A stretch of 63,890 nt of DNA, the filler included, from Octopus bimaculoides (Eukaryota): the NCBI RefSeq assembly GCF_001194135.2. It is 5 parts of 5 records of this genome, joined end to end, with 100 filler letters (N's around TTAATTAATTAA, not from the genome) between each part and the next. Parts side by side here need not be neighbours in the genome. Positions count along the whole stretch, not along the records: positions 1 to 21,239 come from NC_069007.1; positions 21,340 to 32,311 come from NC_068981.1; 3 more parts are not named here. The stretch is one strand, 5' to 3'. This document shows positions 12,556-25,275 of the stretch, in pieces. Within the stretch, counting starts at the first letter, position 1. Each line of letters opens with the position of its first letter. The notes beneath the pieces are model-generated. The model saw only the letters and a program-made list of their open reading frames with translations, ran no database searches and was not told where the DNA came from. The position numbers and the translations under genes are program-made.

Positions 12556-12810
12556 AGGCGAGCTGGCAGAAACGTTAGCACGCCGGGCGAAATGCTTAGT
12601 GGTATTTCATCTGCCGCTACGTTCTGAGTTCAAATTCCGCTGAGGTCGACTTTGCCTTTCATCCTTTCGGGGTTGATTAAATAAATACCAGTTACGCACT
12701 GAGGTTGATTAAATAAGTACCAGTTACGCACTGGGGTTGATATAATTGACTTAATCCATTTGTCTGTCCTTGTTCATCCCCCTCTCTGTGTAACCCCTTG
12801 TGGGCAGTAA
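12556..12810 (+). mobile_element. SINE family A, young-looking copy with internal 23-bp duplication
   Basis: ggcgagctggcagaaacgttag (A box) and gagttcaaattcc (B box); gttgattaaataa(a/g)taccagttacgcactg occurs twice in tandem. Confidence 0.9.
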
Positions 12811-13232
12811 AGAAATAAGAATCTATAATTAGTTTATCTCAAGATATTAAGCACTCTTGTTGCATTAAAGTTTCTGTATTAGCAAGATATAATGTTGATT
12901 TCAAATTTTGGTACAAGGCCAGCAATTTTGAGAGTGGGAATAAGTGGATTACACTGACACCAGTGCTCAACCGGTACTTATTTTACTAACCCTTAAAGAA
13001 TGAAAGGTAAAGCTGACCTATACTCTTTTTATTTATTTATGCGCCCTTTTCAAGCCTAGCCAGGCTCATGGGCCCAGTTTCCCGGTTTCTATGACGTATG
13101 TGTTCCCCCCAGCTGGACGGGACGCCAGTCCATCACAGCGTTACTCAAGAAACAGGAAGAAAGAGTGAGAGAAAGTTGGGGCGAAAGAGTACAACAGGGA
13201 TCGCCACCACCCCCTGCCGGAGCCTCGTCGAG

Positions 13233-13277
<45 letters not shown>

Positions 13278-13279
<2 letters not shown>

Positions 13280-13900
13280 ACGGGCTTCTTTCAGTTTCCA
13301 TCTACCAAATCCACTCAAGGCTTTGGTTGGACCGAGGCTATAGTAGAAGACACTTGCCCAAGGTGCCACACAGTGGGAATGAACCCAGAACCATGTGGTT
13401 GGTGAGCAAGCTACTTACCACATGGCTACGCCTACGCCTATATATAAATATATTTTCTTTTTTTTATTTTTACTTGTTTCAGTTATTTGGCTGTGGCCAT
13501 GCTGGAGCACCACCTTGAAGTGATTTTGTTAAAGAATTTGACCCCAGGACTTATTTTTAAGCCTAGTACTTATTCTATCATTCTCTTTGCTGAACTGCTA
13601 AGTTACAGGAATGTAAACACACCAACACCAATAATGATGGAAGGACAAACTCCACAGACATACATAGATACATACATATACACACATATATATGTGTGTG
13701 TGTATATGTATATATATATATATATATGTTTATATATGACAGGCTTCTTTCAGTTTCTGTCAACCAAATCCACTCACAAGGCTTTGGTAAGCTGAGGTTA
13801 TAGTAGAAGAGACCTGCCCAAGGTGCCACACAGTTGGACTGAACCTGGAACCATGTGGTTGGGAAGCAAGCTTCTTATCACACAGCCACATCTGCATCTA
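13278..13900 (-). mobile_element. SINE family B: a head fragment (13278-13440) plus a full copy (13460-13900)
   Basis: Reverse complement of 5735-6113, including the internal TA/TG tract. Confidence 0.85.
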
Positions 13901-15014
13901 GCTATTTAAAATGATGATGATGATGGTGATGTTGGTGATGGTGGTGATGGTGAATGTGATGAAGATAACAAAGACGAGGAGAGAGAAGTGGAAGAGGAGA
14001 TGGAGGAGGACAAGCAAGATGATGACGGCAGCAATGGTAACAGTGATAGTGGTGGTGGAGGGAGGCTGATGAAACAGACAAGTGACAACGATGATGATGA
14101 TGACAACGACGAAGATAGCAGTTATAATGATAGTATTTTATCAACACTGAAAGGATGAAAAGCAAAAATTAATCTCGGTGGGATTTGAATTCAGACCATA
14201 AGGGAATCCACAAAATCACCACATGGCATTTTGTTCGATGTTCTAATGATTCAAGCACTCCACTGCTCGTTCTTATTCACCCATTCCTTCTTTCACTCTC
14301 TCCCTCTCTCCCTCTCCCCCATCTCTCTCTCTCTCCTTTGCCTTGTGTCTCTTCAAAAGAGATTCACATAATTTTAAAACAAATTCTGCCATTTCTTTCA
14401 TGTCTTAATTGGCACCAGTGAAACATACCCAACACTCCACTAACATCACCACTACTATGACCACCACCATCCTCGCCATTTATCTATAAAATTATCGTCT
14501 CAATAAAATGAGTATTTGATAAAAAAACTGTTTTGACAAATAGTAATTTTGATGAAATGTTGCTTCGATAAAAAAACCATTTAATGAAAAGTCAAGTTGT
14601 CCCCCAAAATATGGTGCATGTTCATATATAACAAGATAGAAATGAAACGAAATCTACATGAGGGACAAAAACCTAGCAAGTTATTTCACTTGTTTACACA
14701 TATAGGTGAAGGTGTGGCTGTGTGATAAGATGTTTGGTTCCCAACCACATGCTCTGGGTTCAGTCCCACTACATGGCACCTTTTACAATAGCCTCAAGAC
14801 AACCAAAGCCTTGTGAATGAATTTGGTAGACAGAAACTAAAAAGAAGCCTGTTGCTTGTATGTGTGCATGTACATATATATTTCGTTCCATAATGACTAC
14901 CTCTGATGAGCACAGGGTTACATAATCGGGCTGTTACCTAACACTCTGTTAAATCCCTTGTGTGAAATCGATTGGTAAGATTGGCCATAATGGATATATA
15001 TAATACTGTACACT

Positions 15015-16186
15015 TCGACAGAAAATAGACTCCATCAACTACCAGGTGGGTAAGTTAGAGGTAATAGATAGCTTCTGTTATCTAGGAGACCAAGTTAGTA
15101 GCAGCGGCAGATGCTCTGAGAGTGTAGCTGTGAGAATAAGGTTAGGCTGGGCAAAGTTCAGAGAGCTCCTACCTCTGCTGGCAAGAAAGGGCCTCTCCCT
15201 CAGAGTGAAAGGCAGATTGTATGATGCCTGTGTGTGAACAGCCATGCTACATGGCAGTGAAACATGGGCTGTGACAGTCAAGGACATGTGTAGGCTTGAA
15301 GGACATGAAGCCAGTATGCTTTGCTGGATGTGCAATGTTAGTGTNNNNNNNNNNCAGCCATGCTACATGGCAGTGAAACATGGGCTGTGACAGCTGAGGA
15401 TATGTGTTAGTCTTGAAGGACATGAAGCCAGTATGCTTTGCTGGATGTGCAATGTTAGTGTACATGTTCAACAGAGTGTAAGCATCTCAAGAGAAAAGTT
15501 GGGCATAAGAAGAATCAGATGTGGTGTGCAAGAGAGATGACTGCGCTGGTATGGTCATGTGATGCATATGGACATAAATGTGTAAAGAAGTGCTGATCTC
15601 TAACTGTGGAGGGAACCTGCGGTAGAGATAGACCCAGGAAGACATGGGACAAGGTGGTGAAACATGATCTTCAAACCTTGGGCCTCACAGAGGCAATGAC
15701 TAATGACCAAGAACTTTGGTGATGTGCTGTGCTTGAGAAAACCCATCAAGCCAAGTGAAATCGTAGTTGTGGCACTTGCTGGTGTCACATAACTGGGACC
15801 CATGCAGGTGGCATGCAAAAGGCACCTATTGAGCATTGGGCCTCACAGAAGCAGAGTAGCTGATGCCAGTGGCACGTAAAAAGCTCTTTTTGAGTGTTGG
15901 GCCTCATGGAGGCAATAACCAAGACCTTTGGCATTATGTCGTGCTTGAGAAGGGGATCCATCAAGCCAAGTAAAATCACAATCATAACTGCAAATGGCAC
16001 CCATGCAGGAGGCATGCAAATGGCACCCACTACACTCTTAGAGTGGTTGGCATTAGGAAGGACATCCAGCCATAGAAAACCATGCCAAATCAGATTGGAG
16101 TTTGGTGCAGCCTTCCAGCTTGCCAACCCTGGTCAAATCGTTCAACCCATGCCAGCATGGACAATGGACGTTAAATGATGATGGTG
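15015..16186 (+). mobile_element. 5'-truncated RTE LINE (RT C-terminus + 3' UTR)
   Basis: LEVIDSFCYLGDQVSSSGRCSESVAVRIRLGWAKFRELLPLL..KGRLYDACV..MLHGSETW..LRWYGHV..GRPRKTW, then the 3' UTR and (GAT)n tail. Confidence 0.92.
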
Positions 16187-16191
16187 GTGAT

Positions 16192-16598
16192 AGGAGTGGC
16201 TGTGTGGTAAGTAGCTTGCTTACAAACCACATGGTTCCGGGTTCAGTTCCACTGCGTGGCACCTTGGGCAAGTGTCTTCTACTATAGCCTCAGGCCGACC
16301 AAAGCTTTGTGAGTGGATTTGGTAGACAGAAACTGAAAGAAGCCCGTCGTATATATGTATATATATATGTGTGCGTGTGTGTGTATGTGTATATGTTTGT
16401 GTGTCTATGTTTGTCCCTCCAACATCACTTGACAACCGATGCTGGTGTGTTTATGTCCCTGTAACTTACCAGTTCGGCAAAAAGAGACCAAAAGAATAAG
16501 TACTAGGCTTACAAAGAATAAGTCCTGGGGTCGATTTGCTCGACTAAAGGTGGTGCTCCAGCATGGCCACAGTCAAATGATTGAAACAAGTAAAAGAG
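16192..16598 (+). mobile_element. Full-length SINE family B directly after the RTE tail
   Basis: Near-identical in structure to 5735-6113. Confidence 0.9.
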
Positions 16599-16640
16599 TA
16601 TATATATATATATTTGTATATATATATGTATATATATATA

Positions 16641-16671
<31 letters not shown>

Positions 16672-17619
16672 TCTTTCTTTTATCCTTTAATATGTTTCAT
16701 GCTGGAGCACTCTGTGTGTGTGTGTGTGCGAATTTGTTTCCCATCGACGCTTTACAACTTGTGCTGGTATGTTTACATTCCTCTAACTTAACAAACCGGC
16801 AATAAAAGACTAATAAAATAAATACCAGGCTTAAAGAGAAAAATAGGTCCTGGGGGAGTGGGGTCGATTCATCCGACTAAAAATTCTTCAAGGCACTGCC
16901 CCAGTCCACTGACTGAAACAAATAAAGGAATAAAAGCATAAAAGAATTGAAATTTTGGCAGATGAAAATATTAGCTTGAATTAAAGTTGAGGAGAATTAC
17001 CAGGAAAAATACATTTTGCTGATAAAAAATGCTGAGAATATTAACAATCCTCCAGAATTAGAGAATTGGTTTATTTGTGGCCATAGAACACACACACACG
17101 CACGCACGCACGCACACACGCACACACACAGAGAATCATATATAGAAAAGAAAAGTAAGAAATACACATATATATATACTTATATGAAAATAGAAGAGGG
17201 TATAAATGTATATGAGTGTGTGTGTGTGTGTATATATATATATGTATACATATATATATATACATACATATGTATAGACACATACACTCTTTTCTGTTTT
17301 CATATATGTATATATATATGTTTCTTTCCTTTTATATATATGCAATACACACACACACATACACACACATGTATACACAGATATATATATATACATACAT
17401 ACATGCATACATATGTGTATGCGTGTGTGTGTGTGTGTATGTGTGTAATATTTGACAATGTACCAACAACAACAGAGTTGTCTAGACAACAGAAATTATA
17501 TGAAAATAGCAGCCATTTTAATGAAATGGTTTCTATGTAACACTGCCTTTAGAATAATAAGGCAAACATACAAACAAGAAGCAATTAGAAAGGAAATGAA
17601 GAACAAAATATAAGCCTGT

Positions 17620-17654
<35 letters not shown>

Positions 17655-17706
17655 TAGATAGATAGATAGATAGTGTTATGAAGTGGTGTTTTCCACAGTT
17701 ATAATG

Positions 17707-18047
17707 TGTAGCCACTGTTGTGTCTAGCTGTTGTTTTGTATTCTAGTAGCCATGATGTTTTCTTGGTATCAGATGGAGTGTATCGCTTCTATACCAGAAT
17801 AGTAATACACTGCTTCATCTATCGCGCTATCGCTGATAGCTCTGCAAGACACTGAATTTGAACCGTCTACCTTGACTGTGACTCGAACTCGACTATAACA
17901 TGTAACTGACACTTAACTCCAACTGAGAACTTGTACGACTCTACGATGACTGACACATGACTCCCCATACTGATTGACGTCATTTCACTTTACAATGACT
18001 CGTTCATACCACTTGTCTCATGAGAGGGGTGTACCATTTCCACTACA
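17707..18047 (-). mobile_element. Probable solo LTR (341 bp)
   Basis: TGTAG...CTACA termini. The minus-strand start tgtagtggaaatggtacacccct resembles the Gypsy 3' LTR start at 41656 (tgttgtggcaaaagtcattgacacccct). No TSD visible. Confidence 0.45.
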
Positions 18048-18585
18048 ACAGACAGACAGTTAGCTAGCTAGCTAGATAGATAGATAGATAGAGAGACATA
18101 TAGATATAGATGTATATGTCTCCCTATATATATGTATATTATATATCTATCTATATATATGTATACAGTAATGTTTGTGGCCACTTCAACATGGCTGTTC
18201 AGTTTGGACGGACATTACTGTGATTTTTTAACCCCAAGGGGACATTTCCTCTGGCTGGTTAACAATACACACCTACATCTGATATTTGACTCCCCTGTTT
18301 GCAATATATCAGATTCCTAGCTAGAGGAAATGTCCTCTTGGAATTAAAAGATTGCAGTAACATCCATTTGAACAGAACAGCCATGTTGGTGTGGCAACAA
18401 ACATTATTTGCCAGTACAGCCACCGTGTTCATGGTGTACAGAGATTTCACAATTAGCTTACTTGCTTATATATATATATATTTATACTTAATCATATCAG
18501 AGGGAAATGGAAATTAATAAAAAATTTTCACTTCCAAGTGGCCTAGCATATAAAAGTTTAGTCCAAAGACTATGAATTACTCATA

Positions 18586-18924
18586 AGGTACAGTGTATAT
18601 TTAAATACATAAGAGGAATCCACTCATGGGATCCCTTACGCTAGAAAGAACTTCTAGGTCCTAGAACCACAAAATTAGGGATAAAATCCCGAAAGGAACG
18701 AAGTGAGAAATAAAAACTTTTACCATCTTTTCTCTTGGACCAATTGGTTTCTGACTTTTGTTTAGCAATTAAAATAATTTGCTAGGTGAAGTCGTTTTCA
18801 ACAGGTACACTTAGGACTAAAATATATAAACATAATTTTGTGGTTCTAGAACCTAGCAATTCTTTCTAGCGTAAGGGATCCCATGAGTGGATTCCTCTTA
18901 TGTATTTAAACATACACTGTACCT
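18586..18924. mobile_element. MITE, 339 bp, with about 95-bp TIRs and TA target duplication
   Basis: aggtacagtgtatatttaaatacataagaggaatccactcatgggatccc... is mirrored at 18835-18924 with few mismatches; flanked by TA on both sides (Tc1/mariner-type TSD). Confidence 0.85.
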
Positions 18925-19068
18925 TATATATATATATAACCCAATACATTTTTGTTGCTTTTCTTCAAATTTAATTCACCAAATCTCTTGATTTTGTTTT
19001 TGGTTTTTACCCTACCAAATTCTGGTGCCACAAACATTTTAAGTACTACATTTAATCTTTTGATTAAA

Positions 19069-19132
<64 letters not shown>

Positions 19133-19135
<3 letters not shown>

Positions 19136-20617
19136 CCACAAAAGAAATGTTGCACTCACACTAAATAGAAACCGGTTGATTAACAGACTGCCATAGCATT
19201 TCCTAATGATAAAACATCATTTCCTGAAAGATGTTTGATGTCACATGGTGTCACGTGATGACGGAGTGCCCTGGATCCAAAGCGATGAACTCAATATCTC
19301 ATGTAAGCACCATTAGCGGTGATTACTGCCAGACATCTTCTGTACATTGAAGGCACCAAACGATTGATGAAGGCCATGGGGATAACTCTGTTAAAACTTG
19401 CAGTGAATTGTGCCACAGTTGTCAGCCTTGGACAGATGTGGTTTACCCTTCTTTGGATTTCATCCCACAAGTGCTCTATGGGGTTCAAGTCTGGACTTAG
19501 GACAGGCCATGGTGGTGTCTGGATGTTGTGCTGTTCGAGGATGTCTGTTGTCAAAAGTGGCAGTATAGCCACAGGTGTTGTTGTGTTGGAACATGTAATT
19601 CCGATGACGGGAAAAGTATGGCACAGTGTGAGGCCTCAACACTTGGTCGATGTAGCAAGCAATGGTTACTCCATTGCCCCGGCCTTGGCTGATATTTTGG
19701 ATGACCACCAGTCCAAGTTTCTGGTTGAGTGCAATCCCACCCTATACCATGATGTTCCATCCTTCCCATGAGTCTCTCTCCACCACACAGCCATCGGCAT
19801 GATGTTTACCCCTTCTTCTCCAAACCCTAGCTCTGCCATCTGCCTCAGAAATGCAATATTGGCTTTCGTCAGAGAAGACCACAGTCCTCCATTGCTGATA
19901 TTGCCAGTTCTGACATTTTTGAGCCCATTGCAGATGTGCCTGTCGATGCCAGTCTATGAAGATGTGGCCCCTAGCTGGACATCGACAAAACAGATTGAAA
20001 GATCTCAGCTGGTGGCGAACTGTTCCTGCACAAATGGGTCTATGGTGAGTCCCTATGGTCTGCCTAGCTGATTCTGTTGCCCTCCAGAATCAATCCTGTC
20101 GGTGCAAGCGGCAATCTTGACGTGCCGTTGTAACCCTTAGTCAGTCACTGTGTGGATAATCAGCCATGCTGTTTGTGACATTGTATTGTTCCCTCAGTTG
20201 CTCAGTTGTCCAAATACTGCAGTTCAAGTCATTAGCAATGACCCATGGACGTTGACCAGCATGGAGGTGTCCGATGGCTTTCTCCCTCTGATTTCATGTC
20301 AGTCTTGGCCTGTTTGCTGCATTCAGGAAACGAATGACAGGCTGGCGTATTTGGGTGCCTTTTATACCCAACGAGTCAACGTTTTGCATATACATCATGC
20401 TTTCCATAAAGATGCATTTGCGAGCATTACTATGTTCATGAAAAGTGAGTTCAAACCCTACATGCAATCCTTGTGTTTTCAAAAGAGAGTGGTGTTGTGG
20501 GTCAGTGACATATTCTTGATGTCAAATTACTTAGAAATATAAAATCCATATAATCTCAATATCATGTGTGAAACAAATAATCTTTTATATACGACGTTTC
20601 CTTTGTAGTTCAGTATA
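19133..20617 (-). mobile_element. Degenerate Tc1-like (DD34E) transposon
   Basis: Minus ORFs YIDQVLRPHTVPYF..FQHNN and WPVLSPDLNPIEHLWDEI..SMYRRCLAVITANGAYMRY (SPDLNPIE.LW motif). Weak TIR similarity at both ends. Confidence 0.88.
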
Positions 20618-20683
20618 TATATGTATATTTATATACACACACATACACACACACACACATATATGTATGTATGTATGTATGCT

Positions 20684-20900
20684 TGAGGAGGTGCTGAAAA
20701 GTTCCTGGTTTTAAGGGTATTGCGAATCGCGTGGTTGGAGGCCCAACTTTCTAAGTTCTTTTACAGGGCTTAGAAAAACTGAAAGACTGCTGCAATAAAT
20801 GTGTCGATCTGAGAAGGGAATATTTTCAATAAAATCAGTATTAACTGATCATCCTGTATTTTCTTTTACCCAAGACCAGGAACTTTTCAGAATCCCCTTG
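20684..20900 (+). mobile_element. Short non-autonomous mariner derivative
   Basis: TIRs gaggaggtgctgaaaagttcctggt / accaggaacttttcagaatcccctt. The interior encodes GLEKLKDCCNKCVDLRREY, resembling the mariner transposase C-terminus. Confidence 0.7.
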
Positions 20901-21180
20901 TATGTATGTTGTCTTGGCAGTGGGAATTATAGGGAGAAATAAGTTCAAACAAAATGAGGTAGTCTTTACTCTTTTTCCTTTCAAGATTGATAAAATAAGT
21001 ACCAGTTAAACACTGGCGTCGATGTAATCGACTTAGGCACCCCACTGGAATTGCTGAATGTGTGCCAAAATTTGAAAGCAATACAAACCAAGCAAAACAA
21101 AATGAAATTAAAAATAAATTCCACAACTTTAAAAATATTCCCACTAAGAACAAATGATATTTATATATGTATATGTGAGT

Positions 21181-21239
<59 letters not shown>

Positions 21240-21451
21240 NNNNNNNNNNNNNNNNNNNNNNNNNNNNNNNNNNNNNNNNNNNNTTAATTAATTAANNNNN
21301 NNNNNNNNNNNNNNNNNNNNNNNNNNNNNNNNNNNNNNNTATATATACACACACACACATACGACGAGCTTTCAGTTTCTGTCTACCAAATCCACTCACA
21401 AGATACACAGATACACACACACACACACCACACACAAATATATATATACAT

Positions 21452-21828
21452 CGTGGCCTTCCACCGGTTACGTCGAGGAGGGTTCCAGTTGATACGTTCA
21501 ACGGAATAGTCTGTTCTTGAAATTAACGTGCAAGTGGCTGAGCACTCCACAGACACGTGTACCCTTAACGTAGTTCTCGGGGAGATTCAGCGTGACACAG
21601 AGTGTGACAAGGCTGGCCCTTTGAAATACAGGTACAACTGAAACAGAAAGAAAGAGTGAAAGTTGTGGTGAAAGAATACACCGGGGTTCCCCACCATCCC
21701 CTACCGGAGCCTCGTGGAGCTTTAGGTGTTTTAGCACAGTAAGCATTCACAACGCCCGGTCTGGGAATCGAAACGGTGATGCTATGACTGCGAGTCCGCT
21801 GCCTTAACCACTGGGCCATTGCGCCTCT
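21452..21828 (-). mobile_element. Third tRNA-derived SINE family (C)
   Basis: Minus-strand head ggcgcaatggcccagtggttaaggcagcggactcgcagtc..gtttcgattcccagacc. The body segment gaaagagtga..ccggagcctcgt.gagct is shared with 13150-13235. Confidence 0.75.
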
Positions 21829-23885
21829 ACACACACACACACACACGCACACACACATATATATGTCTGTGTCTCTGTACATGTCTTTGTGTGTTTGCCC
21901 CCCCCCCCCCATCACCACTTGACAACCGGTGTTAGTGTGTTTACGTCATAACAGCTCGGCAAAGGTGACTGATAGAATAAGTATTAAGCTTTAAAAAAGT
22001 CCTGGAGACGATTTATTCGACTAAAACTTTTCAAGCCGCTGCCTCAGTATGGCTGCAGTCAAATGATTGAAAATAAAATAAATATATATAAGTTACTTTG
22101 TTCCCGGAGACCGCTCGTAAAGCGGGGACGTAAACACACCAACACCGGTTGTAAAGTGAAAATTCGCAAAGTAGAGCAATAAATTCGCATAGTAGCAATG
22201 TTATAAATCGTAATTCTTTCCCAGGAAAATATCTTATCTATAAAATCTATAATACTCGTAAATAAATGACAATAAAGCAACAGTAGAATCTAAAGAGTAT
22301 TTTATGTAAAGTTAAAAGAATGTCGAGATCATTTAGAATTTAAAAAAAACAATTATTATGATAATCGTTTTCTGTATCACTTCCATTCGCACTAGACTCG
22401 CGCACACCATCACTTGTAGACGCGATCGCCAATTCAAAAGCACTCGTACATAGACTTGTAGATTTCTTTTTACAAGTGAGGTATTATTGTCCTGTTTTTC
22501 ATACCAGTTTAACTCTCCGCAAATCCCAAATTTTATTTAATTTGCTTTGCAAGAACGACTGTTTTAACGAAGTCGCGTCTTGTCCCAACGTTCGAAACGC
22601 GGAGTAGATAAAACAGGGGACAACTAATGAAGGGATTCTTCTTTATGTTGCATGTCTCGTTTCTCTATTTGTTTCTTTCGTTGTTCAAAAACAAAAGTTC
22701 GTTTTCCTTGTTTTTGTTTCTTTTTTATGCTCTCGTTTTCATTTTGTTCACGTGTTTTTGACGTCCTGCACCCATATATGCATGTATATAGACATATATA
22801 TGTAGGTATGTACATATATGTATGTATATATNNNNNNNNNNNNNNNNNNNNNNNNNNNNNNNNNNNNNNNNNNNNNNNNNNNNNNNNNNNNNNNNNNNNN
22901 NNNNNNNNNNNNNNNNNNNNNNNNNNNNNNNNNNNNNNNNNNNNNNNNNNNNNNNNNNNNNNNNNNNNNNNNNNNNNNNNNNNNNNNNNNNNNNNNNNNN
23001 NNNNNNNNNNNNNNNNNNNNNNNNNNNNNNNNNNNNNNNNNNNNNNNNNNNNNNNNNNNNNNNNNNNNNNNNNNNNNNNNNNNNNNNNNNNNNNNNNNNN
23101 NNNNNNNNNNNNNNNNNNNNNNNNNNNNNNNNNNNNNNNNNNNNNNNNNNNNNNNNNNNNNNNNNNNNNNNNNNNNNNNNNNNNNNNNNNNNNNNNNNNN
23201 NNNNNNNNNNNNNNNNNNNNNNNNNNNNNNNNNNNNNNNNNNNNNNNNNNNNNNNNNNNNNNNNNNNNNNNNNNNNNNNNNNNNNNNNNNNNNNNNNNNN
23301 NNNNNNNNNNNNNNNNNNNNNNNNNNNNNNNNNNNNNNNNNNNNNNNNNNNNNNNNNNNNNNNNNNNNNNNNNNNNNNNNNNNNNNNNNNNNNNNNNNNN
23401 NNNNNNNNNNNNNNNNNNNNNNNNNNNNNNNNATATATATATATATACATATACACACACACACATGAAAATATGTCTTGCATTAGTAATTTATTTTTCA
23501 GTATGTTTTTCCAAGTTTTCGAATTCTAACTAATATAATTTATAAAAACAATTATTTGCCCTCTTTCGGCTAGTTGTTGCAGAGCAGTGCAATATATTTG
23601 ATTCTATTGTCATTAGTATTTTACTGGTATTTTATTTCATCAAACTCTGTGGAGTTAGATTAAGCAAAGGAAATAAATCATGCGATGTATTTAGTCAGCC
23701 GTTATCAGTCTATATCAGTCTTCTACTTCACTTGTGTGTATACTCTGTTCTGACTGATCTCATTGATATAAAGACACATGCTTGCAAAAGAGACTAAACA
23801 AGCGGTTGAATAGCCTCTATTATATGAATGATACTTATTATTAAATCGACATTATTACCTGAACTAGAGGTAGGTTTTAATTTAG

Positions 23886-24169
<284 letters not shown>

Positions 24170-24172
<3 letters not shown>

Positions 24173-24685
24173 TCCTTTCTACTATAGTCATAAGACCTGA
24201 AATTTAGGGGAGGGGGACAGTCGATTACATCGACCCCGTACTCAACTGGTACTTATTTCATCCCGAAAATATGAAAGGCAAAGTCGACCACGGCGGAATT
24301 TGAACTCAAAATGTAAAGACGGACGAAATGCCACTAAGCATTATGCTCGGTGTGCAAACGATTCTGCTAGCTCAATATCATGGTTGTAAGCATGATGAAG
24401 AAACACTGGAAGTAAGTTCAATAACGAAGATTCCGGCTATGTATGAGACAAATATTAGGAACTATTCCTTCAGAAATAATCCTTTCTACCAAAAGCACAA
24501 GGCGTGACATCTTGGGGGAAGGGACTAGTCGATTACATCGATCCCAGTGCTCAATTGGTACTTATTTTATTGACCATGAAAGGATGAAAGACAAAGTCGA
24601 CCTCGACGGAATTTGAGCTTAGAACGTAAAGACGGACGAAATGCCAACAAGCATTTTCTCCGGCGTGCTAACAATTCTGCCTTTC
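24170..24685 (-). mobile_element. Two SINE family A copies within a local tandem duplication
   Basis: Copies at about 24170-24375 and 24478-24685, each followed by related sequence (tggttgtaagc.tgatgaagaaacact.gaagtaag..caataacgaa.attcc). Confidence 0.8.
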
Positions 24686-25210
24686 AGAAATACCAAACTC
24701 ACTTGATTCAGAAAAACTTGAAATCTGTCAATTCTTTGGTTGTAAGCCTGATGAAGAAACACTTGAAGTAAGCCCAATAACGAAAATTCCGTCCATAATT
24801 GAAACCTACAAACCGCATGAAAACTGTATTCAGACAGGATCTATTCAACAGAAAATTTTAATGAAAGCTATAAATTGCAATACAGTCTGATGACTGTGAT
24901 AAATGTGGCTCATTCTAGCGAAGTAGATCTGTAGATGGTGGATGAAATCATTCAGAATGTCTCGAGAGAGAATCGGGAGAATTTCCTGTTCAGCAGATAA
25001 GCAAGTGACGAAAGGTTAATCATGGCAAGGCAAAAAAAAAAAAAAAAAAAAAAAANNNNNNNNNNNNNNNNNNNNNNNNNNNNNNNNNNNNNNNNNNNNN
25101 NNNNNNNNNNNNNNNNNNNNNNNNNNNNNNNNNNNNNNNNNNNNNNNNNNNNNNNNNNNNNNNNNNNNNNNNNNNNNNNNNNNNNNNNNNNNNNNNNNNN
25201 NNNNNNNNNN

Positions 25211-25275
<65 letters not shown>

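Noticed and set aside
15238-15462. Tandem duplication inside the RTE
   Set aside because: Straddles a 10-N gap; probably an unmerged contig overlap.
21284-21295. TTAATTAATTAA islands inside N runs (also 32356, 59231, 61739)
   Set aside because: Exactly 44 N on each side every time, with six-frame stops: an assembly spacer, not biology. Order and orientation across these joins are uncertain.
21755-21828. tRNA gene candidates (also 12556 and 16192)
   Set aside because: tRNA-like A/B boxes continue into multicopy SINE bodies and lack a clean acceptor stem and terminator.
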